From NCBI GenBank assembly GCA_965247615.1, contig OZ252022.1:789233-821232 (forward strand): 32,000 nt of DNA, given 5' to 3'. Shown piece after piece: positions 1 to 9,320 of the stretch. Made by a program: the position numbers and the translations under genes. The stretch's first letter is position 1. Each line of letters starts with the position of its first letter. Source of the stretch: Dehalococcoidia bacterium. GTDB taxonomy: Bacteria > Chloroflexota > Dehalococcoidia > Lucifugimonadales > UBA1127. A model generated the notes under the pieces. It ran no database searches, was not told the DNA's origin, and saw nothing but the letters and a program-made list of their open reading frames with translations.

Positions 1-254
1 GTCGGCGGGTCGCGGCGGACCCCCCACGTTGGAGTGCCGCCGTACGTCGGCTTCGCCATGGCCATCGCTTCCGTCGCAGGTTTCTCCATCATCGCCTCGG
101 ACGTCGGCTCCGGCGCAGGCGCGGCCGCTGCCGGCGCCGGAGCCGGCACGGCGGGCGCCGGCGTCGACGTCTCTCCCTCGCCGCCCGCACACGCCAGCGC
201 CACTGTCAGCACCAGCGCCGCCGCGGCTCCCATTATTCGCTTATGAATCTCCAT
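1..254 (-). CDS. N-terminal part of a secreted lipoprotein, probably an ABC-transporter substrate-binding protein (truncated by window start)
   Basis: Not in the supplied track because it runs off the edge. Reverse translation from the ATG at 254 gives MEIHKRIMGAAAALVLTVALACAGGEGETSTPAPAVPAPAPAAAAPAPEPTSEAMMEKPATEAMAMAKPTYGGTPTWGG...: signal peptide, lipobox LAC, Ala/Pro linker, then a YGGT motif typical of SBP family 5 starts. AGGAGA ribosome-binding site upstream. Confidence 0.6.
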   Translation of the reverse strand, partial: MEIHKRIMGAAAALVLTVALACAGGEGETSTPAPAVPAPAPAAAAPAPEPTSEAMMEKPATEAMAMAKPTYGGTPTWGVRRDPP

Positions 255-368
255 CCTCTTCTCCTTACCTACCGTGTTCCGTCTGTGGGCCTACCCGCGC
301 CCGACTTCCGCTCACAGTGCGCTACTCAAACTCCCGCGTGGGGCGGGTTTCAAACCCGGCGCCCCGGC

Positions 369-1442
369 CTAGATGCCGTAGAACGCCCGGGGGTTGTCTT
401 CCAGGATCTTCTTCGTCACGCTCGGGCTCAGCCCGGAATCCTCCCGCAGAATCCGCAGCGCGTCCAGCTCCGCAGACCCGTCCGCGTGGCTGTAGTCCGA
501 CCCGATCATCAGGTTGTCCTCGAACCCCAGGTCGATCAGATAGGCCAGCGGGTCCTGTGTCTGACACGCCACAAAGAAGCGGTTGGCCTGCAGCAGCTCC
601 TGCTTCAGGTTGAACTGCTGCTGCCAGGACAGCCGTCGCTCCGCACCCGTCAAGGTGCTGATCATGAACGGGATCCATGACGCCGTGGCCTCGATGAAGC
701 CAAAGCGCAGGTCGGGAAACTTCTGCGGAACGTCGTTGGTGACCAGCGTGTGGAAGGCGTCCAGCACCGGCAGCGTGCTGTGCCACAGTCCAATGTTGCT
801 GCGGCTCACCGCCGAAAACTCCGGGAAACCCCGGCCCGTATGGAAGCAGATGGGCAGGTCCAGCTTGCTCGCCTCCTCATAGAGCGGGAAGAAGTAGGGG
901 TCGCTCGCCACCCGGTTCCCGCACTCCACACCCTTCTTGAACACCCCGCAGGCGCCGTTGGCCTTGGCGAAGTGCAGCTCCTCTATCGCCCGGTCCATGT
1001 CCAGCAGGGGGGCCATCGCCACCCAACGCAGCCGGCCGTTCCCCTCCTTCCACTTCGCCGCCAGCCACCGGTTGTACGCCCGGTACAGCCCCGCCTCCAC
1101 CTCACGCTTCGCCGTCACTGCGTCCAGGAACAGCGTCGTGTACATAACGTGGACGTCCACGCCCAGCTCGTCCATCTGCGCCAGCCGTGCCGGGATGTCC
1201 AGCAACTCCCGAGTCTTCGTCGTCGTCCCCGTCCGTTTGTCGTCCCGGATGCGGCGCAGACGCACCGCCCCGTCGATGAACCAGTACCGGTTGTACCCGG
1301 GGGGCAGGTTCACCGGCGCCTCAGACCCCTGCTGCAGCACCGTGGGCGGCTTCAGCCACCGGTCCACCTCATCCAGGTACTCCCACGTCTCGTCCGTCTC
1401 GTCGATATGCGTATCAGCATCGATCACCGTCATGCGGTTCAC
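369..1442 (-). CDS. Amidohydrolase family protein (TIM-barrel metal-dependent hydrolase, amidohydrolase_2 type)
   Basis: 357 aa ORF; N-terminal VIDADTHIDE metal-binding start, ICFHTGRG, MIGSDYSHADG, LEDNPRAFYGI C-terminus typical of the family. Confidence 0.88.
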   Translation of the reverse strand: MNRMTVIDADTHIDETDETWEYLDEVDRWLKPPTVLQQGSEAPVNLPPGYNRYWFIDGAVRLRRIRDDKRTGTTTKTRELLDIPARLAQMDELGVDVHVMYTTLFLDAVTAKREVEAGLYRAYNRWLAAKWKEGNGRLRWVAMAPLLDMDRAIEELHFAKANGACGVFKKGVECGNRVASDPYFFPLYEEASKLDLPICFHTGRGFPEFSAVSRSNIGLWHSTLPVLDAFHTLVTNDVPQKFPDLRFGFIEATASWIPFMISTLTGAERRLSWQQQFNLKQELLQANRFFVACQTQDPLAYLIDLGFEDNLMIGSDYSHADGSAELDALRILREDSGLSPSVTKKILEDNPRAFYGI

Positions 1443-1639
1443 TCCCCTCCCGTAGCTTGCTCAGAGTCGGTGGTACATTCCAGAAAACGGAACAGACACA
1501 TCCTCATGTGCGCTGCGATTATAGCACTCTACCTTCAGAATACGAAATTAGTGGGGGATGAGATTCACGCGCCGCGGCCCTATACTATCCCCACCATCCC
1601 CCGCGGACCCGGAATCCAGAGCGGCGAGGCAGGAGGCCC

Positions 1640-2458
1640 GTGAGCGCCCAGGAGACTCCCCAATCCAGGACCATAGAGACCCATGGCCTGCGCCTCCACT
1701 ACCTTGACTGGGGCGGCGATGGCCTTCAGCCCATGCTCCTGCTCCACGGCCTCCAGGACTCCGCGCGCCTCTGGGACTTCTTCGCGGCCAACCTCCGGCA
1801 GAGCTACCGCGTCATGGCCCTCGACCACCGCGGCCACGGCGACAGCCCCTGGGCGCCCCCCGAAGCCTACAGGCTCGCCGACTACGTTGAAGAGCTTACC
1901 CAGGTCATCGAAGCCCTGGGCCTCCGGGACCTCGTCCTCATCGGCCACTCCGCCGGGGCCAAGAACGCCTTCATCTACGCCGCCCAGCGCCCGCAGCGGC
2001 TCTCCAAGCTCGTCATCGTCGACATGGACCCGGACCAGCACAACCCGGGCTCGGCCCAGATGCTCACCAGGTACCGCGCTGAGTCCGACGTCTATCCCAA
2101 CCTCGACGCCGTCGTCGACCGCCTCCGCTCCCGCGCACCCGGCGCGCCCCCGGACCTCCTGAGGCAACACGCCGTCGGCTTGACCCGGCCCCTCTCCGGC
2201 GGCGGCCTTACCTGGAAGCGCGACCGCAACGTCGTCGACCACTACGACCGCCCCGACGCCTGGTCCCACCTCCCCCGCATCTCCGTCCCCACCCTCATTG
2301 TCCGCGGCGCCGAAAGCACGCTTCTGCGCGCCGACGTGGCCCGCCGCATGCGGGACGCCATACCAGACTGCACTCTGGTGGAGCTGGAAGGCGGAGGCCA
2401 CTGGGCCCACCACGAGAGCCCCGACGCCTTCCAGCAGGCCGTCGAGGCTTTCCTGTAG
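1640..2458 (+). CDS. Alpha/beta hydrolase
   Basis: 272 aa; LLLHGLQDSARLWD, ALDHRGHGDS, GHSAGAKNAF nucleophile elbow, C-terminal GGGHWAHHESPDAF His motif. Confidence 0.9.
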   Translation: MSAQETPQSRTIETHGLRLHYLDWGGDGLQPMLLLHGLQDSARLWDFFAANLRQSYRVMALDHRGHGDSPWAPPEAYRLADYVEELTQVIEALGLRDLVLIGHSAGAKNAFIYAAQRPQRLSKLVIVDMDPDQHNPGSAQMLTRYRAESDVYPNLDAVVDRLRSRAPGAPPDLLRQHAVGLTRPLSGGGLTWKRDRNVVDHYDRPDAWSHLPRISVPTLIVRGAESTLLRADVARRMRDAIPDCTLVELEGGGHWAHHESPDAFQQAVEAFL

Positions 2459-2548
2459 GTAAGCCCCACGTGGACTGCGCCCCTCCACCCAGCGCGGCGG
2501 CTCCGGGGCGGCCGCTCACCCTGACGCACTCGAAGGGCGCGGGCGCGG

Positions 2549-3445
2549 TCAGAGCGCCGAGATGCCCGGCTGCCGCACCCGGACCGCGTACACGGACGTT
2601 CGCGCCGTCAGGAACAGCGTCCGGCGGTCCGCCTCGCCAAAGGCGCAGTTGGCCGGGATTTCCGGTAGGCGGATGACCCCCAGCTGCTCCCCATCGGGCC
2701 CAAAGACCCAGCACCCCCCGGGGCCGGTGCAGAACACGCGGCCCTGCGAGTCCACCTTCATGCCGTCGGGCACCCCTTCCTCCGCCGACGCCATGCTGGC
2801 GAACACCCGCCCGTTGCTCAGCGTCCCGTCCCCGAGCACGTCGAAGGCGCGAATGTAGCGGTGGTGGCACACTTCCCCACGCTCCTCCTCCTCGAAGCAG
2901 CCCTGGTCCCGGCGGCTGATGGCCACGTAGAGCACCCGCTCGTCCGGCGAAAACGCCAGCCCGTTGGGGTACTCGCACTCCCCCGTCGCCAGGCTGAGCC
3001 CCCCGTCCAAGGCGACGCGAAACACGCCGGACACGTCCAGCTCGCGCTGCTCCGGAGGGACCCGGCCGTTGGGGTCGGTGAAGTACACGCTGCCGTCGGA
3101 CCGGCACACCACGTCGTTGGGCCGGTTCAGCCGCTTGCCCTGCCACCCATCGGCCAACACCCCCCACCTGCCGTCGGCCTCCCGCCGGGTCACCCGCCGG
3201 TTGGCGCCCTCACACATCACCATGCGCCCCTGGCGGTCAAACGTCGTGCCGTTGCCCTCCCCCGTCTCTTCCCGCACAACGTCGACGCCCCCGCTCCGGC
3301 TCCACCGCAGCAGCAGACTTCGGCGAATGTCCACGAAGTAGAGAGACCCATCCGGGTGCCAGACGGGGCCTTCCGTGAAGACAAAGCCCGTGCCCAGGCG
3401 CTCCGGCTGATCGGATTCCAGGATCTCGGAGATCGATGTCGTCAT
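2549..3445 (-). CDS. SMP-30/gluconolactonase/LRE family protein
   Basis: 298 aa; FTEGPVWHPDGSLYFVDI, RLNRPNDVVCRSDGSVYFTDP, YPNGLAFSPDERVLYV, DGMKVDSQGRVFCTGPGG. Confidence 0.9.
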   Translation of the reverse strand: MTTSISEILESDQPERLGTGFVFTEGPVWHPDGSLYFVDIRRSLLLRWSRSGGVDVVREETGEGNGTTFDRQGRMVMCEGANRRVTRREADGRWGVLADGWQGKRLNRPNDVVCRSDGSVYFTDPNGRVPPEQRELDVSGVFRVALDGGLSLATGECEYPNGLAFSPDERVLYVAISRRDQGCFEEEERGEVCHHRYIRAFDVLGDGTLSNGRVFASMASAEEGVPDGMKVDSQGRVFCTGPGGCWVFGPDGEQLGVIRLPEIPANCAFGEADRRTLFLTARTSVYAVRVRQPGISAL

Positions 3446-3669
3446 GGGACTGCCTCCATCTCTGGCTTGGTCTACGGAACATGCCCCGGTGCGCGCGCGG
3501 AGGGCGCGGGGGGCTCACCCCGGCCTCCCCGCCGCACTTTAGCATGGCGGAAACCGCGCAAACAAGGCGCGGCCCCAGGGAGCTTGACGCTGGCCTGCCC
3601 TCGTATTACCCTTGCCTCTGTCCCCTCAGGCGGGGCGCCACAACTGGAAGTAGAGGAGGATAGCGGCCT

Positions 3670-4431
3670 ATGTATGAAGGAATGCTGGCGGAAACCGTTC
3701 GGATTCGAGGGCATGAGGGCGAAGAGATCAACGCCTACTCTGCCCGCCCGCTCGGCCCCGGTCCCTTCCCGGGCGTCGTCGTGATTCATCACATGCCGGG
3801 GTGGGACGAGTGGTGCAAAGAGGTTGCCCGCAAGTTCGCCTACCACGGCTACGCGGCCGTCCTTCCCGACCTGCACTACCGCGAGCGGCCCGACCCTGAG
3901 ACGTCCCACGATGAAGTCTCAGCCGCTGTCCGCGCTGCCGGCGGCGTCCCCGACGACCGCTGCATCGGCGACGTCCAGGGCGCCGTTGGCTACCTGCAGT
4001 CCCTGCCCACCCACAACGGCAAGGTTGGCGTCATCGGCTTCTGCTCCGGCGGGCGCCAGACCTACCTTGTCGCCTGCAACATCGCAGACTTTGACGCGGC
4101 CGTCGACTGCTGGGGCGGAGGCGTTACCGCCAAGGCGGCGGACCTCACCCCCGCCAACCCCGTCGCGCCCGTCGACATGACCCCCAACCTCGCCGGCCCC
4201 CTGCTCGGACTCTTTGGCAATGAGGACCAACGGCCCTCCCCACAGGACGTGAACGATACCGAGGAGGCCCTCAAGCAGGCGGGGAAGACCTACGAGTTTC
4301 ATCGCTACGACGGCGCGGGCCACGGCTTCTTCGCCACGGACCGCCCCGGCTATCGCCAGCACGCCGCTGTCGACGGCTGGGACAAGGTGCTTGCATGGTA
4401 CGCCAAGTACCTCCAGACGCCGGTGGCCTAG
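3670..4431 (+). CDS. Dienelactone hydrolase family protein
   Basis: 253 aa; VVVIHHMPGWDEW, GVIGFCSGGRQTYL nucleophile, GNEDQRPSP, GAGHGFFATDRPGYR; RBS gaggagg upstream. Confidence 0.9.
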   Translation: MYEGMLAETVRIRGHEGEEINAYSARPLGPGPFPGVVVIHHMPGWDEWCKEVARKFAYHGYAAVLPDLHYRERPDPETSHDEVSAAVRAAGGVPDDRCIGDVQGAVGYLQSLPTHNGKVGVIGFCSGGRQTYLVACNIADFDAAVDCWGGGVTAKAADLTPANPVAPVDMTPNLAGPLLGLFGNEDQRPSPQDVNDTEEALKQAGKTYEFHRYDGAGHGFFATDRPGYRQHAAVDGWDKVLAWYAKYLQTPVA

Positions 4432-4492
4432 GCCGTCGGCGCCGGTTCCTAGCGCGCCTACCCGCGCAGACCGCTGACCGCTGACCGCAAAG

Positions 4493-4522
4493 GAAGGCGC
4501 CAGCCCATCGGATGGCGCCTTC
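4493..4522. terminator. Bidirectional hairpin between convergent genes
   Basis: Perfect 10-bp inverted repeat GAAGGCGCCA/TGGCGCCTTC with a 10-nt loop between the 3' ends of the convergent genes at 3670..4431 (+) and 4566..5651 (-). Confidence 0.6.
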
Positions 4523-4565
4523 TCTCGTCTGTCGCGCCCCCTGCCCCGTGGGGCCCTGGCCCAGC

Positions 4566-5651
4566 CTACACGGCGATCAGTCCCGCCAGCATGGCCGCGT
4601 GGATGCCCTTGGAGATGGGAGCGAGCCCCGTGGCGATCATGGACCACGTGTCCCCGCCATCGGGGCTCCACAGCACCTCGCCGTCCGTCGTACCCGCGAA
4701 TAGGGAGAAGGCGCCCTCAGCCTCCTCCAGGCACATGGCCTCGATGTTGCCATGCAGTTCACGCGGGTACCCATTGGTCAGGACCTCCCAGCTGCGCCCG
4801 CCGTCGACGCTTCGCGCCACCTTGGCGTCGGCGGTCCCCGTGCGCCGCCAGGAGCGGGGCCCCGTGCGTGACGACGCGATTACCATAACGTCGGGGTTGC
4901 TCGGCAGGTACATCAGCTGATCGGGGTAGCCCCCCACCTCGTGCTGCCGGTCCATCCAGTGCTCCCAGCTGCTGCCGCCGTCCGACGTGACGTAGACACC
5001 GTCGCCGCCAGGCGCGAATATGCGATCGGGGTCCCGAGGGTCGATCACCGTCCGGTGCAGGTCCGGAGAGCGCACCGGCAGCTCCTCCCAGCTCTCGCCG
5101 GCGTCCGTGCTCCTCAGGAGCCCGCCGACCTCGATGCTCACGTACATCGTGCGGGCGTCCGCCGGGCTGAAGTTGATATGCTTGGCGTGCCCGCCGAACA
5201 GCTTGGTGGCGAAGCGCCAGGTCGGCGCCGACGGCACCGCGCGCAGGCTCGTGAACTCCTGCCAGCTCTGGCCCAGGTCGTCGCTGTAGAAGAGGTGGAC
5301 GGGCTCGGTGCCGGCGAAGAGCCTCGTGCGCCCGTTGACCCTCGCCGCGGCCAGGCTGTACACGTTGGTCTGGGTCAGGCCTTCATTGCGGGGCTCCCAG
5401 CTCCTGCCGCCGTCGGCGCTGACGTGTACGCCGCAGACGTTGTATCCGCCCGCGAACCAGAGGCCGCTCTCCCCCTCATGGAGCAGGGCCTGGATGTGAA
5501 AGTCCTCCAGCGCCTCGTGGGCCACGCGCCATCCCTGCGCCGCCCCGCCCTCCAGCAGCACGACGCCCCGCATCGTGCCCACCAACACCTCCGTCGACGG
5601 CTTTGCCGACGAGTACATGGTTGTGCCCCCGTGCGAGAGCCCAAGTGCCAT
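4566..5651 (-). CDS. BNR/Asp-box repeat beta-propeller protein (sialidase/VPS10-like glycosyl-hydrolase fold)
   Basis: 361 aa with about six Asp-box motifs: SADGGRSW, SDDLGQSW, STDAGESW, SDGGSSW, SVDGGRSW, SPDGGDTW. Confidence 0.85.
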   Translation of the reverse strand: MALGLSHGGTTMYSSAKPSTEVLVGTMRGVVLLEGGAAQGWRVAHEALEDFHIQALLHEGESGLWFAGGYNVCGVHVSADGGRSWEPRNEGLTQTNVYSLAAARVNGRTRLFAGTEPVHLFYSDDLGQSWQEFTSLRAVPSAPTWRFATKLFGGHAKHINFSPADARTMYVSIEVGGLLRSTDAGESWEELPVRSPDLHRTVIDPRDPDRIFAPGGDGVYVTSDGGSSWEHWMDRQHEVGGYPDQLMYLPSNPDVMVIASSRTGPRSWRRTGTADAKVARSVDGGRSWEVLTNGYPRELHGNIEAMCLEEAEGAFSLFAGTTDGEVLWSPDGGDTWSMIATGLAPISKGIHAAMLAGLIAV

Positions 5652-5674
5652 GCGTCACCTCCTGCCTGTAGTCT

Positions 5675-5788
5675 CTAGATTCTTCGGTGGTGGGGGACCC
5701 GCTCCTTGTCTCCGCCGCAAGCCAGCACCGCCAGCGCCAGGACCGCCAGCGAGCCAAGGGCGAGAATCCGCACGGGCAACGACCGCAT
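5675..5788 (-). CDS. Short lipoprotein-signal-like ORF (37 aa), small protein or remnant
   Basis: Reverse translation MRSLPVRILALGSLAVLALAVLACGGDKERVPHHRRI*: basic n-region, hydrophobic core, LAVLAC lipobox; lies just upstream of the BNR gene. Below the track's length cut-off. Confidence 0.35.
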   Translation of the reverse strand: MRSLPVRILALGSLAVLALAVLACGGDKERVPHHRRI

Positions 5789-5910
5789 GGCAATCCTGTC
5801 CGGGTGCGATAGAGGTTGGTTCTCCGCCGATGTCCGCATCGTCGCCGAGCGCAAGGAGCCGAAGAGCCCATCGTCGACAAGAACCCAGACGGGGAGCGTC
5901 CGGCGTCACA

Positions 5911-6230
5911 CTACCATATTGTAGTCTTACAGGAAAAGCCCGACGTCAACACCTGTCCTGCAACTCGCGGTGGGCTATCGTCCAACGGGATGGGGAGCAA
6001 GGTCTGGCTGCAGGTCCAGAACGAACCGCAAGGTGAAGTTTCTAAAGTTGTTAAGTTTGCTAAAGTGTGTACGGACACGGAATCTTCCGTAATGGGCTCA
6101 CTTTCAATGGGTATAGCCAGCGTGATGTCCACGTTGTCGTTCCTGTGGACGATGACCTCATCCACGACCATCTGCAGGATCTCCTTTCGCTGCTCGGGGG
6201 TCGATGTAAAGGGCGGAGTAATATGGACCG
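5911..6230 (-). pseudogene. 3' remnant of a serine recombinase (resolvase family C-terminal region)
   Basis: Reverse frame reads ...TPEQRKEILQMVVDEVIVHRNDNVDITLAIPIES..., resembling the C-terminal end of large serine recombinases; no catalytic resolvase domain nearby. Confidence 0.45.
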
Positions 6231-6248
6231 GCGAGGCGGGTGTGAAGG

Positions 6249-6389
6249 ATGTACAAGGTGGAACTGTACGTTCGGGTGCGCCGGGCCTGCATGGTGGAGG
6301 GGATGAGCACTCAGGAGGCTGCCCGGGTGTTCGGTCTGCACCGGGACACGGTGGGCAAGATGCTGGAGTACTCGGCGCCGGAGGGCTGA
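6249..6389 (+). pseudogene. istA: IS21-family transposase IstA N-terminal fragment
   Basis: 46-aa ORF MYKVELYVRVRRACMVEGMSTQEAARVFGLHRDTVGKMLEYSAPEG* matches the recognisable IstA N-terminus (HTH). It then stops, with no DDE domain following. Confidence 0.75.
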
Positions 6390-6957
6390 GGGCTTGTTAT
6401 TGTAATAAGAAATCTTCGCTGAGCTGCGGTAACATCGTCTGATCTCGAAAGCCTGGCACTGGCCTACCATGCTGCGAGTACCAGCTAGCCGGGTTTGAGC
6501 TTCCCACTAAGCGGACGTGGAGACCGTGGAAGACCGGTTGCGCCGGGAAGGGTTGGTGAAGCGTCAACGGATTCTCCCTGCGTCCGGCTGGTGCTGAGAA
6601 GCAGGCTGGTTAGATTAGAGTGGATCCTGAATAGCGACAATCCCTCACGTCATCCAGTTCTCGAAAGGAGGCGGAGGGGGAGGCAAAATGACCCTGAGCA
6701 GACCGCCGGCGGCGGAACACTACCCGGCAGCGGGACAGACAGGGAAACCCATGTGCGGCTCCCTGCCCAGGAACAGCGAGCAAACCTTCAGGGAACCCCC
6801 CGGGAACGATTCCGGCATCCGGGAGAGGAACTGCGGGAGATGCATCATCGTCCTGAAACAGACCTGAAGAGATCGCCCGGGCGATCCAGTGGTTCACGGA
6901 ATCGGATCCCGCCTAGGATATTGCCCCGGCTGCTCCAGACATGATCGTGAGGTATCA

Positions 6958-7641
6958 ATGAATCCTTGGCAGTTGATCGGCCGGGCCCAAACCCCTGGCG
7001 GAGGAGCGGAGCTCGTTTTGTACCAACGTGACTCTGAGTTCTCGCTCAGAGCGGATAACCTGGAACTCATGAACAGCTGGGTTTATGGGTCAGAAGAAGC
7101 CATGGCCAGACTGGGCTGTCAGAACTTGGCAAAACGGCCGAGGGCTCGCGTTCTGATTGGCGGTCTGGGAATGGGCTACTCGGTGAGAACGGCGCTGGAC
7201 ATCCTTGGCGAGGATGCCCGGGTGGTGGTCGCGGAGCTGGTGCCAGCCGTGGTTGAATGGAACCGGGGAGTGCTTGCCGATTTGGCCGGCCGACCTCTTG
7301 ACGACCGCCGGACTGAACTCCATGAAGCCGACGTTATCCAGTTGATAACGGCCGCCGGAGGTGACTACGATGCCATCATGCTTGATGTCGACAATGGCGC
7401 GGAGGCGATGGTCCGAAAGGGCAACAACTGGCTTTACAGCCTGCCGGGGCTGATCGCCACCTACGCGGCGTTGCGGCGCGGCGGGGTATTGGCGATATGG
7501 TCTGCCGGTTCTCAACCGCCATTCGTCAGACGTTTGCGCCGTGCCGGTTTCGAGGTGGATGAAGTCAAGGTGCGGGCGCGTGGTGGAAGCAGCCGCAAGG
7601 GAGGCGCACATCATGTCGTCTGGATTGCCACGCGCGGTTGA
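6958..7641 (+). CDS. Spermidine-synthase-like SAM-dependent methyltransferase-fold protein
   Basis: 227 aa from ATG 6958; VLIGGLGMGYSVRTAL, VVAELVPAVVEWNR, YDAIMLDVDNG, LYSLPGLIATYAALRRGGVLAIWS. Confidence 0.8.
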   Translation: MNPWQLIGRAQTPGGGAELVLYQRDSEFSLRADNLELMNSWVYGSEEAMARLGCQNLAKRPRARVLIGGLGMGYSVRTALDILGEDARVVVAELVPAVVEWNRGVLADLAGRPLDDRRTELHEADVIQLITAAGGDYDAIMLDVDNGAEAMVRKGNNWLYSLPGLIATYAALRRGGVLAIWSAGSQPPFVRRLRRAGFEVDEVKVRARGGSSRKGGAHHVVWIATRG

Positions 7642-7833
7642 TGGAGGACAGCGTTGAATGGTGCTGGCGAATTGGCCTATCACATGCCGAATGCCGCCGA
7701 GACAGTTGAGGCTCCATACACTGCGGCTGAGCGCCTTACCTTTCTTCCGCAGCCTGTTAGGATACCCGCTGACGAACTGAGCGTCCGATCATGCATCGAA
7801 CCGCATCGCGGGGGCATTTCAGGAGGAAAGTCA

Positions 7834-8568
7834 ATGTCTGCTAAGTTCAGACAACGCCACATGAGAGTGATGGAGTTGAACGAAAACGACGTTGCATCTC
7901 AGATACGAATGAACCATGGCCGTGAGCTTGAAGTTGTCGATGCCGCCCTCGATCAGATTCTCCAAGGCTTAGATGCTTTCGCCTATGTGAAGCAACGACC
8001 AGATAGCCGACTGGAAGATGCCCAAATGTTCCTTGCCGTGAGAAGTTTCAATTCACTGCACATTGCCAGACAGTTATTGGAACGCGGCTACTACCAGCAG
8101 GCGTCGGCACTGGTACGGATGGTCATGGAGGACCAGCTTGTTGCAGAAGACGCAGAAACCCATCCTCCAACGTTGGACGCGCTACTCGATGATAAAGGAT
8201 CTATCAGCAGTGGAGACCTGACCTACGGCAAAATGGCTGAACGAATTTCACCCGAAGCCAAAAAAGCGTGGGATGAGAAATACGGAGACCTCAGCGAAAG
8301 AGCCGCACACCCACGGCGTCTAAGCCTGTTGTTTCTCACAACTGTACGGCGGACTGTACGCCCTGGTGGTCACTACGATGAAGTACAAGTGAAGTTGACG
8401 TTCCTCTATCTCCTAGAGCAACTTGGGCAGGTGCTACGTACAGTTGGTCTCCTGACAGCGAATGTAGAAAGCCCTTGGGCTGAAGGAGCTAGGCCGGCAC
8501 TCAGGGATATGACGGCTCTCTATCGAGAAATAGTTGAGTGGTTTGAACGGAAAGTACAGGTGGATTGA
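7834..8568 (+). CDS. Hypothetical protein
   Basis: 244 aa from ATG 7834 with a strong RBS (aggaggaaag tca ATG); the track ORF opens earlier at 7654 but lacks an RBS. Helical, with a LERGYYQQASALVRMVMEDQL segment. Confidence 0.65.
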   Translation: MSAKFRQRHMRVMELNENDVASQIRMNHGRELEVVDAALDQILQGLDAFAYVKQRPDSRLEDAQMFLAVRSFNSLHIARQLLERGYYQQASALVRMVMEDQLVAEDAETHPPTLDALLDDKGSISSGDLTYGKMAERISPEAKKAWDEKYGDLSERAAHPRRLSLLFLTTVRRTVRPGGHYDEVQVKLTFLYLLEQLGQVLRTVGLLTANVESPWAEGARPALRDMTALYREIVEWFERKVQVD

Positions 8569-8965
8569 ACACGTATCCCTAGGCATTGACATCACGTCGG
8601 TGGGAGAAAATGAATGTTGAGACTTGTCAGGAGGTGGCTGGCGAGTTGGGGAGTGACCGAAGAAGAACGTCTGGCTGGGGCGAGTGCGGGCCCAGGGCGC
8701 GGAGGCGGGGGCCGGTCCGTGGTTCGACACAGTCACGCGGACGATATCGTCCAGTTGACAGGGATCGAACCAGTCATGAGGGAGACGACTCATCTATCCC
8801 GGCTCGTCTAGCTCAGCTCCGGACGGCCTAGCCGGGTTCGGTACCTAGGCTGTTCGCCACGCCATTCCCTACGGCCCCACCCTCTCCGGCAGGCACGCTA
8901 CTGTCTAGCAATCTTGAATGGACCCAAAGCGACCGCCCACGAGTACCTGAGTTTTCCGTTGCTAT

Positions 8966-9255
8966 TGTGTCTGTCGAATGAAGGTTCTCGATTTTGTCCA
9001 GCATGGTGGGTCTACCTGAACGGAGTGAAGCTGGACTTCAGCCGGCCGGGCAAGCCTACGGACAATGCCTTCATTGAGGCGTTCAACGGACGCTTTCGGC
9101 TGGAGAGTCTCAACGAGAACTGGTTCCTCTCCCTGGACGTCGCCGAGGAGAAAGTGGAAACCTGGCGGAGACAGTACAATGGGGAGAGGCCCCACAGTGC
9201 GCTGAACAGCCTGTCCCCGAGGGAGTTTGCGGCATTGGCTACAGAGGCGGATTGA
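8966..9255 (+). pseudogene. IS3-type transposase (OrfB, integrase core) C-terminal remnant
   Basis: [70 protein letters not shown] is a clear rve C-terminal half. Upstream of it the sequence degenerates (NEGSRFCPAWWVYLNG) and the N-terminal catalytic part is absent. Confidence 0.85.
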
Positions 9256-9320
9256 CCCGCAAGGCTCGCACTGAGCCCGGTACAAGAAATGGGGCAAGAT
9301 CACCTGCTTGCCGGACCAAC

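Noticed and set aside
750-1643. 297-aa plus-strand ORF
   Set aside because: Antisense to the amidohydrolase at 369..1442, which has family motifs.
8434-8831. Short ORFs on both strands in 8434-8831
   Set aside because: They overlap each other and the end of the hypothetical gene at 7834..8568. No recognisable motif or RBS; probably intergenic or decayed IS-associated sequence.
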